A DNA stretch of 64,000 nt from Octopus sinensis (taxonomy: Eukaryota). Positions 39,939 through 51,913 of this stretch are shown piece after piece; within the stretch, counting starts at the first letter, position 1; each line of letters starts with the position of its first letter. The stretch lies in contig NC_043002.1 of NCBI RefSeq assembly GCF_006345805.1, positions 93,372,001-93,436,000 on the forward strand, in the 5' to 3' direction. Below the pieces are notes generated by a model. That model saw nothing but the letters and a program-made list of their open reading frames with translations, was not told the origin of the DNA and did no database searches. The position numbers and the translations under genes are program-made.

Positions 39939-40244
39939 TTGTTTGTTCCTTCTCGAGCCAAGCCTGGCTCATAAGGGCTGGTTTCCTGGTTTCCTTGGCG
40001 TATAGGTTCCCCACCTAGACGAGATGCCAGTCCATCGCAGGTGAGCTGCAAGATGCAGGAGGAAAGAGTGAGAGAAAGTTGTGGCGAAAGAGTCTGCAGA
40101 AGTTCGCCATTACCTTCTGTTGGAGCTGCGTGGAGCTTAGGTGTTTCGCTCATAAACATACACATCGCCCGGTCTGAGATTCGAACCCGCGATCCCTCGA
40201 CCGCGAGTCCGCTGCTCTAACCACTCGGCCATGTGCCTCCACGT
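39939..40244 (-). mobile_element. SINE family C, full length, 13 bp TSD
   Basis: TSD aggtacattaatg at 39926-39938 and 40245-40257. Confidence 0.88.
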
Positions 40245-41445
40245 AGGTACATTAATGGTGTTGATGTCACCTGTTTTGGAGGACCTATGAAAGCCATGGG
40301 CACTGACACTTCCATTTGCACAAACCTATAGTAAAGTAATAGAAATCACACCAAACTTCTTTCAGCATTGAGTTCTCATTTTTCTATGAGTCTATGTGAG
40401 ACTTAGAAATCCTACCATTTCAGGGCTATTTCATCCAATTCTATCACCACTATGCCAGAATAGATTTAATCTGAATGAATCTGCATCCCATTATAGATTT
40501 GTTGTAGTTTTATTTAGTCTTTTGAAAACCAAGTGACTCATTTGCAGTAAAGTTGGCAGCAATAGCAGAACACTGAGCTAGATGAATTTTTATATTTTGT
40601 TATTAGATCTAGGTCAATGCTGATCAGACATACGAAAGACATTCCAACCTTGGCCAACCTGTTGTTTCTATATCTTTTTTTAAGATGGTAGGGTTTGATT
40701 TGCTGAGAACTTACCTGTTATTTTTAGCCAGTGGCAAGTTGGTCAAACCAGTAGAATAGAATATTACAGGTTTGACATTAATTTATGGCTTCCTGTTTCT
40801 AATTTAAAACTTCAGTGGTAGCAACTTGACAAAGTACCCTATCCATTAAACCAGAGATTTTCAGACTGACAGATAATAGTGTCTCCAAGCCTATGTAAAT
40901 ATTAATAAAATTTTTTTTTATTCCTCCCCACCCTCACACACATCCCCAGGCTGTGTGGTGAGAAGCTTGCTTCTCAATTATATGGCTTCAGGTTCAGTCC
41001 CACTGCATGGCACCTTGGGCAAGTGTCTTCTATAATAGCCCTGGGCCCACCAAAACTTTGTGAGTGGATTTAGTGGACAAAAACAGAAAGAAGCCCATTG
41101 TGTGTGTTTTTGTGTGTGTATGTGTGTGTCTCCACCACCACCACCACCACTTGATAACAACCACTGTTGGCCTTTTTACACTCCAACAACTTAGCAGCTA
41201 ACAGAATAAGTTAAGTACCAGGCTTTAGAAAAAAAGTACTAGGGTCAATTTGTTTGACTAAACACTTCAAAGAGGTACCCCAGCATGGCTGCAGTCCAAT
41301 GATTGAAGCAACTAAAAGGTAAAAGGAAAATTAATGAGAGGAAAAACAGAATTTTCATCCATATAATTTTTCTTCTTTGTCGAGCTGTTGGGAAAATTTA
41401 AAACCAAATTAATTCTATTAACCTTTGAATTCATGAGTACAGTTT

Positions 41446-41981
41446 AGCAGGCGTGATTTTGTTTGACTATACTCCTAGAAGACACAAAAGTCGGTGACCA
41501 CATGACTTTGTGATTACAGCTTGCCAAGTGGCAGAAACATTGCTATTTTCACCTGTAAACACAAAACCATGTGGCTTTCTGGTTTTGTGTCTTCCAGGGG
41601 GTATATTTTTTTTTTCACTGTTTTTGCAGATTTCCTTGACTTTGTGTCACCACATCCAATTCCATTATTATGAATTTGGATTGGGATCTTGAGTCATAAT
41701 GAAGCTTTCATTAGCTGATTAGATGTCCTAGGATTCACCCACTCAGCATTAATGTAAGAAGCACTGTTGGCTTAGTTGAGCTCTTCCACTACCTCTTCAT
41801 ACTCTGCCATGCTGTGGTTCTATGACTTTTCTATATTCCTGGCAGAGTGGCTAAACAGGTGCTATGCCTTGCCAAAAGGCAGCTCGTAGTTATACAGGGC
41901 ATGGTTTTCACTCTGTGAGGTATTTACAGAATATCCACATATACAATCCAGGGGTATAGTCAAACGAAACCATGCCCTCTA
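41446..41981. mobile_element. Old Tc1/mariner-type non-autonomous element
   Basis: Imperfect TIRs ggcgtgattttgtttgactatactcc / ggggtatagtcaaacgaaaccatgccc. Confidence 0.45.
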
Positions 41982-42585
41982 AAGTGTATTTGCAGATGTG
42001 AAAAATTAGACATAGCAATTTGTTCACTCTTTTTTTAATCTCAGAAGTTCTCCATCCTTCTCTATGAGAAATACTGCATTAGATGACTTCAGCTGATTAG
42101 CAAAGACTTACTGACCAACATACTACAACCACTGGCTAACAAACACATTCTCCTTTTTCTACAATGGCCTAAGCTCCATCTGTATAGGACCTGAGGTCAG
42201 GTTCATCTTAACAGTACTATAGATCACCAGTATTTACTTATTGACAGCAAGCCACAGAATACATAGATCATAATTAGGCCTCTAGATCCATAAGGTCCCT
42301 GAGAAACTGCCTAGTGTACCTATGCCTTAAGGTGGCACTGCCCAAGGTCCACATAAGATACCTGTCTACCTTCTCATCATAACGATAACAATTGACCTTA
42401 CACAAAACAAATCAGTTTTCAGTTAAAAATCAACTAGGAGCACTTTTTTCTCTTATGTTTTGGAATTGCAGAAATAAATACCATCATTATTATTGCATAT
42501 CTTCAAAATTTTACCTCATGGAAAGAAATCTTACTATACCAAGTTTCCAGCCTACAGCTTTCACTAACTTATTAGAGGAATAACT

Positions 42586-42994
42586 GGATCTTTTTGGTTT
42601 GAACGGCAGTTTTTTCTAGCCGTGTCATATGAAATTGTCACCCATAATTATGACCCTAGTATCGATCTATTGCATTTCAATCTGTTTTAGGGTTAGGGGA
42701 AGGCTATCTTTTTTTCTTCAGAAATGTAAATAAACCCAATCTGTTTCTAAAACGAGGGACATATTCATACGGCACAGAATGTTTTTTTTACCTCAATAGA
42801 CACCAGTGATTGGTTGAAATTGCAGAAATTGAAGAAAAAATAAATGACAAATATCTTACAAACCATAGAATTTTCTCAATAAAGCCAAGAGAAAAAGATG
42901 TTTTATAAACACATTCTACCTGTATACGAAGTTTAAAAGTGTTTAGTTACGTGGAAATTATTTTAAAAAACTGTCATTCAAACTGAAAAGATCT
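42586..42994 (+). mobile_element. Merlin-like MITE with perfect 8 bp TSD
   Basis: gaataact at 42578-42585 and 42995-43002. Confidence 0.88.
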
Positions 42995-44839
42995 GAATAA
43001 CTTTTTATCCACTCTTTATGTGTATTCCCCTTCATTTTCTCCATTTCTTTCTTTTTTTCTTTCATCCTCCTCCTGCTTCTCTTTTCACCTTGCTATATTT
43101 CCATTCTGTCATGTTGCATGTCCTTCTTTCTACATTGAATGACTTAATGTTAGTAGTTTTCTCACACTTCTTTTTCTTTTTCTGTCTATTTGCCTGTCTA
43201 TCTCTGTCTGTCCCTTTCCCCCCATTCTCTCCCTGTCTTTCTCTCTCACACACACACATACTCTCTCTATATATGTGTTGCTCACTTTGTTTAAAATGTA
43301 AACATCTGAGAGCTATATTTTTATATTTGTCATGGTTGTTGTTTCTATTATCTTGTGGAGGAAAGGGGGCGTGTATACAAATGAGAAGATCAGCTCAGAC
43401 TTTTTATCTCTTCACAGGTCGATAACAAGGGTCACTCAACCTACTAGAAACAGCAACCAAATCTCTCATATCACACCTTATATAAGGACAGGTAATATAG
43501 TTCTAGATAGCCTTAAAAAATAGGATAGCCATGATCTGAACGATCTTCATCACAAGTCTGTTTGTCCTGGGATGAACAACAGTAGCACAGTCGTTAAAAA
43601 TATACTGAAGTCAATCCAATCAAGGTGAAATGTTGGTCTGAATGATAAGGAGGGTAGGGCATCATATTAGATGCTTCATGGTTATTTAGCTTTGTCTATG
43701 TTCTAGCCTTTTTATATCTCTCTGGGGCCAATAATTAAGTGCCAAGGGTAATATGCTGAGGGTTGATATCGCTAATTGTGTAACCCACACTTAGATGAAA
43801 CCTGTCTTGTGTTTAGTCAAATGAAATCAATATTTTTAGAACTACAATTATTTGAAGTTATTAGAGTCAGAAAGTCTGGTCAGGTGCACCCATCCTCCTC
43901 CTCCTCCTCCTACTTCTCTTTCATAGTTCTCTGTATTTCTACAAACACACACTTTCTCTCTCTCTCTCTCTCTCTACCTTACTGCTGTCCTTCCGTCATA
44001 TTCTTTGCAAACCCATTGCTTAATATTTTTTCTCTCCTTTATTGCTTTTGTCTTTAACATCCCAATCCTTCTTCCATTCTCTCAACTTTTGTTCTTTTTA
44101 CTCTTATTTCTTTTTGTATTTCTCTCCTTTCTCCATTGTTAAATAAGCTACCCCATTCCCACCTGTTAGCTATTTTCCTTTTTTTTTTCTCTATCTACTC
44201 CTGACCTCTTCCATCCTCTTACCTGCATCTCCGTAGTTCATTAGCAGTCTTCTTCTTCTTCTTCTTGTTCTTCTTCTCCTCCTCCTCTTCTTCCTTCTCC
44301 TTTTTCATTTCCCCCTCATTTCCTATTTCTTTTTATCTTCTCTTCTTTCCACAAGTTACCTTTCTCTTTTTCTCTCCTCTCCCAACCAATCTATAGATTA
44401 TCGATTTATTCCTTTAAACTGCCCACCCTCTTCATATCCTTTTGTTATATTAGAATTAATCAGTCAGCACAGTTTCCACTATCAACTTTAATAATTACCC
44501 TTTTTCGTGATCAACTTTGATAACTGTCCTAATTCTATCACTCAGTAGTTTCCACAATCAACCTTAATAACTACCCTACCTCTATCATTCTGTACAGTTT
44601 CTACTGCCTTATCTCTACCCTTTTTACTATCAACCTTAGTAAGCTGTTTTCTTGTTATCACTAAGTACATTTTCCAACATCAACTTTGGTAACAAAGGAA
44701 CAGAAAAAAGAGAGATAAGAAAGGAAAAGAAAAAAGAAGAAAAGTGGGGTGTAAAGCATCAGAAGATGGATGGGAGGGGGAGATGGGCCACATACCCCAG
44801 AAACAATAGTATACTCAGCTGTATCCTGTAGTAATGACC

Positions 44840-45250
44840 ATAATGGAGTTACTATGGAGGATGACCAGCGACATTCAATGTAATAACCACTCTACTTTGT
44901 GGGGTTCATTTCTCTGACAGGCGGCTGTTACCTCTATTTTGTGGAGGAAACCAGTGGTATGGGAGCTGAGAATACATGATGTCTCGACAACAACTGGCAC
45001 AAACTGGTATCAACTGGTCAGGCCCCCTGTATTTATTGATTTTTTTTTTCTCTTTACTGTGTTACGAGTGGTGACACCTTGGTTTGCAGTTGATGCTGCA
45101 AGGTTGGGACCAGAAAATGTGTCACAGCACATCATGTTCCAGATCAGAGATCTGTCTCCCTCGAATGGGAAGAGGGTTATTCTGTTGGGGCGCCTACAGA
45201 CCTGCTGGCTCAAGTTGAGATGGGACATTAGCCGCATCACAAGCCCTTCA
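44840..45250 (-). mobile_element. CRE-like (restriction-like endonuclease) non-LTR retrotransposon 3' fragment
   Basis: Minus strand NVPSQLEPAGL / RRPNRITLFPFEGDRSLIWNMMCCDTF / KY.GL..YQFVPVVVETS..EWLLH.MSLVILHSNS, corresponding to the EPxGL..RPDG..WD..K..KY..FVPxAxET motifs of the RLE domain. Confidence 0.75.
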
Positions 45251-46899
45251 AAGTAACTGTCCTAGCTCCATTACTCTGTACAGTTTTCCCTATCAACTTC
45301 AGTAACTACCTATCTCTATCACTGAGCAATTTCCACAATCAACTTTAGAAACTGTCCTACTTCTATCGTTCAATACAGTGTCACTATCGTCTTTCATAAA
45401 TGTTGTATGTCAGATTTCTGCCAATTTCATGCCACACCCATCTTATTTTACATTTATGGGTCATTTTTTTTCTTTAAATCACTTTTAGCTGCTACTCACT
45501 GAACCATGATATTTTGTTGTCATTGATTAATTAAAAGTATCTTAAGACTCTGAATCAAAATGTAATATCGTATTTAGTTATAGCTATTTATGTTGAGTTC
45601 AATTTTGCCTTTCATCCATCAGTAGTTGATAAAATAAATTATTGTCATCATCACCATAATCATCATTATCATTTAATGTTTGTTTTCCATGCTGACATGG
45701 GTTGGATAGTTTGACAGAATCTGATGAGCTACAGGGCTCCATGTCAACTTAAGCATGATTTCTATGACTGAATGCCCTTCCTTAAAACCACTTGCTCTAC
45801 AGTGTATACTGGGTGCCTTTTTCATGCTACTGGCACTTGTAGGGTTGCCAAATACCTTGCAGAACAGGGAATAGCCTCCTTGACTAAGTGGATGGAGTAT
45901 TTGAGAGTTTGGACTGGAGGTTTTGTGACAGGGACAAGCAGAGTTTTCTTTCTATGAAGAAAATGCATAGCTACTTATATAAGGGTGGGTGCCAAATTTG
46001 CCTTCTATCCTTTTGGAGCCAATAAAATAAAGTACAAGTCAAGTACTGTGGTTGATTTAATTGATGATACACTTTCTCCAAATGTGTGGCTTTGTGCTTT
46101 GTTAGACACAATTCTTATTGTGAATTAAAAGAATCATTAGAATGTGTGGCAAAATGTCTTGCAGCATTTTGTTACAAACCTTTTTGTTCTGAGTTCAAAT
46201 CCTGCCAAGATTATAAATATATAAGATTATATACATAATTATGTGTGCGTGTCTTTGTCTCTCCACTATTGCTTAACAACTGATGTTGGTGTGTTTATGT
46301 CCCTGTAAATTAGTGGTTTGGCAAAAGAGACCAATAGAATAAATACTAGGCTTACAAAGAATAAGTCCTGGGGGTGATTTCTTTGACTAAAAAACCCTTT
46401 AAGGTGGTGCCCCAGCATGGCCACAGTCAAATGACTGAAACAAGGAAAAGACTAAAAGAGTAAGCCATATGTTTTCATCAGTTCATGAAATATTTCCCAG
46501 TAGAGATACTTTTCCATCCCTGATACTATTATTCTGGAACATATCCAGAGGGAAACCATTTGATTGCTGAACCCTTGCTTACGTAAATAATCCTTATGTC
46601 AGTTGATGGGTCTGAAATACCCATATTGTCATATCACTGTATTATATAATTGCTAGAGAGAATATTAAATTTAGCTGTTTTCATTAAAATTTTGATGAAA
46701 ATTAGATACTAATGAGTGTATGGGCTCTGAGCAGTTGTAATTTGCTCAAAGAAACATCTGTGTTGTGAGCTAATTAGGTAGCATATATGAGGTTAGTCAA
46801 CTTGCTAGATATAGTGGCTGATGGAAACAGATAATAGCAGATGTTGGTGGTAATACAATGATTACAGGTTTGTAAGAATCCTGTAATACAAGCTGATTG

Positions 46900-47220
46900 C
46901 AGAACTCATTATAGTAGTTAATGAGAACACTTAATAGTTATTGGTGGGAACATTAAGTGGAAACCTTTCTCACCAACACTTAATAGTGGCAGGAACAAAG
47001 GTTATAGTAGTGGTTGGTGGTAGAAACACTTGATAGTGGCTTGTGGGAACACTTTGTAGTAGTTGGTGATAACATTTAATAGTAGTTGGTGATAACATTT
47101 AATAGTAGTTGGTGATAACATTTGATAGTAGTTGGTGGGTACATGTCAAATAGCAGTTGGTAGAAGCACATAATGAAAGTTAGTGGGTACAGTTAATGGT
47201 AGTTGGTGGGAATGGTAGGT
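46900..47220. repeat. Degenerate ~23 bp minisatellite
   Basis: tagtagttggtgataacatttaa occurs three times at about 47057-47126. Degenerate flanks, and a similar tract at 48700-48900. Confidence 0.7.
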
Positions 47221-47609
47221 GCAGGGGTGTCTTTGTGGTAAGAAGTTTACTTCCCAACCACATCATGTGGTTGCTTTCCATCCACATCATTCAAGCCTTG
47301 TGAATGGATTTGGTAGACAGAAACTGAAAGAAGCCCATTGTATACATATATATATATAAAGTTCAGCAAAAATTTAGATCCAGATGAATATGGTACTTAA
47401 GTTAAAGACACCAGAATTTAGTATGGTATTATCCATATAAATCAAATGGGGTGATTATAATCAAAATAAGCAACAAGGACATCCAAAGGTAGTGTAGTAC
47501 AATCGTTTCATATATATATATATATGTGTGTGTGTGTAGGATCGCGTGTGTATCGTTGGCAATTTTTTTTTCCCCCGTCTTCCCTTCCTTGGATCTTTCC
47601 TCTTCCTAT

Positions 47610-47644
47610 GTTTCTGAAGAAGAGCTCCACTTGAAACGTTAAAT
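47610..47644 (+). ncRNA. Minimal hammerhead motif, degenerate (CUGAAGA core)
   Basis: GUUU-CUGAAGA-A-GAGC-ucc-ACUU-GAAA-C-GUU/AAAU, with an ACGU palindromic stem III. Confidence 0.55.
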
Positions 47645-47859
47645 CCTCCTTTCTTTCCTTTCCTGAGCATCTAATAACACTATACTTGTTCCATGTCCTC
47701 ACGTTGTTGTGTTTTCTCTTTGTGTTTTCATGTTTGGATTAACTATATATATATATATATATATATATAGGGAAAGTTTACGAAAAAAAACAAAAAAAGA
47801 AGACAGGTGGTGTACAAACAAACAGATGTATTAGTATAGTGCTTAGGAATAGAAAAAGT

Positions 47860-47895
47860 CTTTTATGTTTCGAGCCTATGCTCTTCTACAGAAAG
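47860..47895 (-). ncRNA. Minimal hammerhead motif (CUGUAGA core)
   Basis: CUUU-CUGUAGA-A-GAGC(auag)GCUC-GAAA-C-AUA/AAAG. G16.2 appears mutated to A. Confidence 0.6.
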
Positions 47896-48169
47896 GTGCA
47901 CAGAAAAAACAAGGAGAGAAAAAAAATGTGTGTAGTGGCTAACGATCTATCATGGCGTCTAACTCTGACAAATATATATATATATATATAATAATAAATA
48001 TTAGGGAATAAATCCAAATTTACAGGGAAAAAAATCAGATTTAGGATTAAATCCAATTTTATAGTAAAATATTATATAATATTAATTAGAGACAAAACCA
48101 CTATTTTGCAAAACAAACAAGGAAAGACTTAATCAATACATAAAATTTTAATAAAAAGTAAAAAAACCG

Positions 48170-48216
48170 CCACTACAATTAATTGTTTCATGTCTTGATC
48201 GACAATCTTCAGGTGG
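48170..48216 (-). ncRNA. Type I hammerhead motif, left arm
   Basis: CCAC-CUGAAGA-U-UGUC(gaucaa)GACA-U-GAAA-CAAUUAAUU-GUA/GUGG. Confidence 0.7.
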
Positions 48217-48284
48217 ATTTCCGATTTTCAAGTCAGTTTCAAATTATGAAGTCATAATTTGAAACTGACTTGAAAATCGGAAAT

Positions 48285-48327
48285 CCACCTGAAGATTGTC
48301 GATCAAGACATGAAACAATTGTAGTGG
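48285..48327 (+). ncRNA. Type I hammerhead motif, right arm
   Basis: CCAC-CUGAAGA-U-UGUC(gaucaa)GACA-U-GAAA-CAAUU-GUA/GUGG, with palindromic stem III ACAAUUGU. Confidence 0.7.
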
Positions 48328-48455
48328 CAGTTTTTTTACTTTTTATTAAAATTTTATGTATTGATTAAGTCTTTCCTTGTTTGTTTTGCAAAATAGTGGT
48401 TTTGTCTCTAATTAATATTATATATATATATATATATATAATATATATATATATG

Positions 48456-48489
<34 letters not shown>

Positions 48490-48959
48490 TGTATGTGTGT
48501 GTCTGTGATTGTCCCCTCCACTACTTGATGGCGAGTGATGGTGTACATCTCCATAACTTAGCTGTTCAGCAAAAAGGCACCAATAAAAAAAAATACCAGG
48601 CTTAACTAAAAAGTACTGGGGTCAATTTGTTTGCTCAAAATTCTTCAAGGCAGTTCCCAGCTTGGCTGAAATCTAATGACAGAAGACAAAGGAGTAGTTA
48701 CTAGGAATTCCTAATAGTAGTTGCTGGGCACACTTAGTAGTGAGTGGTTAGAGAAACATGTAACAATAGTTGATAAAAAGTTTTAATAGTGCTTTTGGCC
48801 ACGTTTTATGGTGGTGGGAACGTTTAATAGTTGTGGGAATATCTAATTTTGACTGGTGGGAAGACTTTATTGTGTTTGCTGAGAACATATTGTATTTGTG
48901 CAGGACTCTTTAATATTGGTTTTAAATTTTGGCGCAAGGGCATACACAGAAGATTTATT

Positions 48960-49129
48960 GGATCTTTTTGGTTTGAACGGCAGTTTTTTCTAGCGGTGTC
49001 ATATAAAATTGTCACCCATAATTATGACCCTAGTATCAATCTATTGCATTTCAATCTGTTTTAGGGTTAGGGTTAGGGGTGGGGGGAAGGGTATCTTTTT
49101 TTCTTCACAAATGTAAATAAATCCAATCT
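48960..49129 (+). mobile_element. Truncated Merlin-like MITE with (TTAGGG)3
   Basis: Left TIR present. ttagggttagggttaggggtggggggaaggg at 49061-49091. Confidence 0.75.
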
Positions 49130-49332
49130 TAACAGTTTTAGAGGAGTGAGTAAGTCAATTATATTAACTCCGGTGTTCAACTGGTATTTATTTTATCAAC
49201 TCTGAAAAGATGAAAGGCAAAGTCAACTTTGGTAGCATTTGAACATAGGATGTAAAGACAGACAAAATGCTGCCAAACACTTTGCCCTGTGCACTAATGA
49301 TTCTGCCAGCTCACCATTTTCAGGACTCTTAA

Positions 49333-49552
49333 CCCTTTCATTACCAACCCGGCTGAAACCGGCTCTGGCTCTGAGTACAAATGTCTTGTTTTCATAAGTT
49401 CTGAATTAAAATCTTTCACCAAACCTTAGTCACAATTTATGTTCCTAACACTAGCTGAATGATAACTAAGTTATTTTACTAAATTCTTTGTTATATTTAA
49501 AGTAATTGAAAGAAACACAGAGCATCTCAACAGAAATACAGTAACGAAAGGG
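49333..49552. mobile_element. piggyBac-type MITE (second family)
   Basis: TTAA|CCCTTTCATTAC...GTAACGAAAGGG|TTAA. Confidence 0.82.
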
Positions 49553-49573
49553 TTAATATTGGTCTGTAGAACT

Positions 49574-49778
49574 CAGAGGTGCTGAGAAGTTCCTAGCTTT
49601 AAGGGTATTACAAAAGGTCTGCTTGGAGGCCCAGCCTTTTGAGTTTTTTTACAGGGCTTAGCTTAGAAAAATTGAAGAATCACTGCAATAAGTGTGTGAA
49701 TATGTTGAATAAAATCCTAATTAACTGATCCTCCTGTATTTTCTTTTACCCAAAGCCAGGAACTTTTCAGCACCTCGT
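49574..49778. mobile_element. mariner-type MITE
   Basis: TIRs gaggtgctgagaagttcctagcttt / aaagccaggaacttttcagcacctc. Confidence 0.65.
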
Positions 49779-49968
49779 CATATATTCTTTCATGTAGTAA
49801 CTCAGAGGAGGCGTGTACTGTGGTCACTTTGAACTTGTATGTGACTTGCTGTCTAGGTTGATGTTGTTGTTCTTGAGCCTGCTGTCAACTCTGATAAAGC
49901 AGATGCGATGCAGTAATATTTTATTGTCTTCCTTTTAGATTAATTTTATTATATCTTTTATTATTTTA

Positions 49969-50158
49969 TTACTCTTTTACTTGTTTCAGTCATTTGACTG
50001 TGGCCATGCTGGAGCACCACCTTTAGTCAAGTAAATCGACCCCAGGACTTATTCTTTGTAAGCCTAGTACTTATTCTATCGGTCTCTTTTGCTGAACCGC
50101 TAAGTTATGGGGACAAACACAGACACACAAACATACACACACATACATATACATATAC

Positions 50159-50207
<49 letters not shown>

Positions 50208-50372
50208 ATATACACAACGGGCGGGCTTCTTTCAGTTTCTGTCTACCAAATCCACTCACAAAGCTTTGGTCGGCCCGAGGCTATAGTGGAAGACACTTGC
50301 CCAAGGTGCCATGCAGTGGGACTGAACCCGGAACCATGTGGTTGGTAAGCAAGCTACTTACCACACAGCCAT
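49969..50372 (-). mobile_element. SINE family A
   Basis: Reverse complement of the family A consensus. Confidence 0.82.
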
Positions 50373-50573
50373 TATTTTTTTTTATTTTGTTAGAAGAGGA
50401 AAGGACTTTCTATGATTCACTTCAGTGTCTGCAAGTCTTGTAAGTGGTAGCAGTGGAGAAAAGATAGAAGTATTACTTAGACCACTGCCTTGACCAGAGT
50501 GCTTACAAGAGAGTAGAGTCTGCTAAATATATCCATGGAGCAAGTTGTGTTGTTAAACTGGGTGACAGATTAA

Positions 50574-50794
50574 CCCTTTAGTATTCAGGTTTTTCTGTCA
50601 AATATATTGCTTATTTATTCACATTGTTTTGAATTAACCATTTACTATGGTGTAAATTTGAGACTTTGATGATGTGATTGGTTTAGTTTTAGAATGACAT
50701 GGTAGGGTAGGTGTGAACAGCCTGATCTAGTTAGATTGAACATAAAATAGGTAGAATAGTTTAGTTGGATATGGTTGGCTTGAATGCTAAAGGG
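50574..50794. mobile_element. piggyBac-type MITE (copy of the 36245 family)
   Basis: TTAA|CCCTTTAG...GCTAAAGGG|TTAC. Confidence 0.7.
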
Positions 50795-51364
50795 TTACGT
50801 TAAATCAAGCAAGAACAGGAATATTTCTGCCAACAGCTTCCACACAGTTTCTATCTACTAAATTGTACTTACAAGGTTTTTATTCAACCAAAGGTTATGG
50901 AAGAAGACAGTCATCTGAAGTGTCTTTCAGTAGGATTGAACTCAAAGCCTTGTTGCTGCAAAGCGAATTTCTTAACTTGCAGCAATATCAGCAGTGCTGC
51001 TAATGCATCTCCTCATTACCAATAACTGCATAATGGAACAGACTAGACTGGAATGTTGCATATCAGATGATTGGAATTCTTCCAAAACTTAATGATTGAT
51101 TATAGATTAGCAAACAATTCCTTCACAACAATTATAATTTTACTGTTTATTATGTAAAGAAAAACCCCGAAAGAATATTTTGATTTAAAAAAAATTATTT
51201 CATAAATGAAAACGTTTATAGAATCTTTGGAAGTGCATGCATTGCTGTGTGACTGAGAAGACTGGGAGAATTGATTTTGATCTCACTGTGTGGTACCTTG
51301 GATGAGTGTCTTCTGTCATAGTGCCAAGCTGTCAAAATTTTGTTAATGGAAAAGGTGCACATGT

Positions 51365-51750
51365 GGCTGTCCATCCCCTCCTCACCGTGGTGGGGGCGCT
51401 GGCAATGGGTAGTGTCAGAGCTATGCCGTCGGGAACTTCGGTTCCTGGTAGGGCCACCCAAGGCGGATTGGTCTGACACCGAGTGGTATTAGGGCCACAT
51501 CCCGGCAGACGGGGCTCTGGGGAAAATCCTTGGAGTGTCTGTTTCGGCAACCGGTGGCTCCTCGGTCATTCTGTCCCTGTGTCTGTGGACAATCTGCGGC
51601 AAACATTATGTCTCTACATGCAGGATTGTTGGGGACCGCTTGTGAAATCCACATATTCCCACGAAACTTCTTCCAACTTCTTAGAGATGCCTCGAGGGTG
51701 CTAGAAGAAGCCGACTCAACCCGTCCAGGGTGAATGTCGCCACAAGTACA
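51365..51750 (+). mobile_element. 5' region of an RTE-clade (BovB/Rex3-like) LINE
   Basis: GC-rich island containing gagctatgccgt (51418) and ctggtagggccacccaaggcgga (51445-51467). These resemble RTE 5' UTR blocks as I recall them; not searched. Confidence 0.55.
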
Positions 51751-51913
51751 AGTAAGTACATGTGGCTGTGTGATAAGAAGTTTGCTTCCCAACTATGTTT
51801 CCAGGTTCAGTCCCACTGTGTGGCAACTTGGGCAAGTGTCTTCTACAATAGTTCTGGGCTGACAAAAGCCTTGTGAGTGTATTTGGTTGATGGAAACAGA
51901 ACGAAGCTGTATT

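Larger units (their letters stand above)
48073..48424. repeat. Near-perfect inverted duplication (177/173 bp arms, 2 nt spacer) of a PLE pLTR
   Basis: Arms at 48073-48249 and 48252-48424 differ by 1 substitution and a 4 nt indel. Confidence 0.92.

Noticed and set aside
43880-44400. Long polypyrimidine tract
   Set aside because: Ordinary low-complexity CT/CTT sequence with no adjacent supportable exon.
47057-47126. 23 bp direct repeats resembling CRISPR repeats
   Set aside because: The units are contiguous with no spacers, and the context is eukaryotic. It is a minisatellite.
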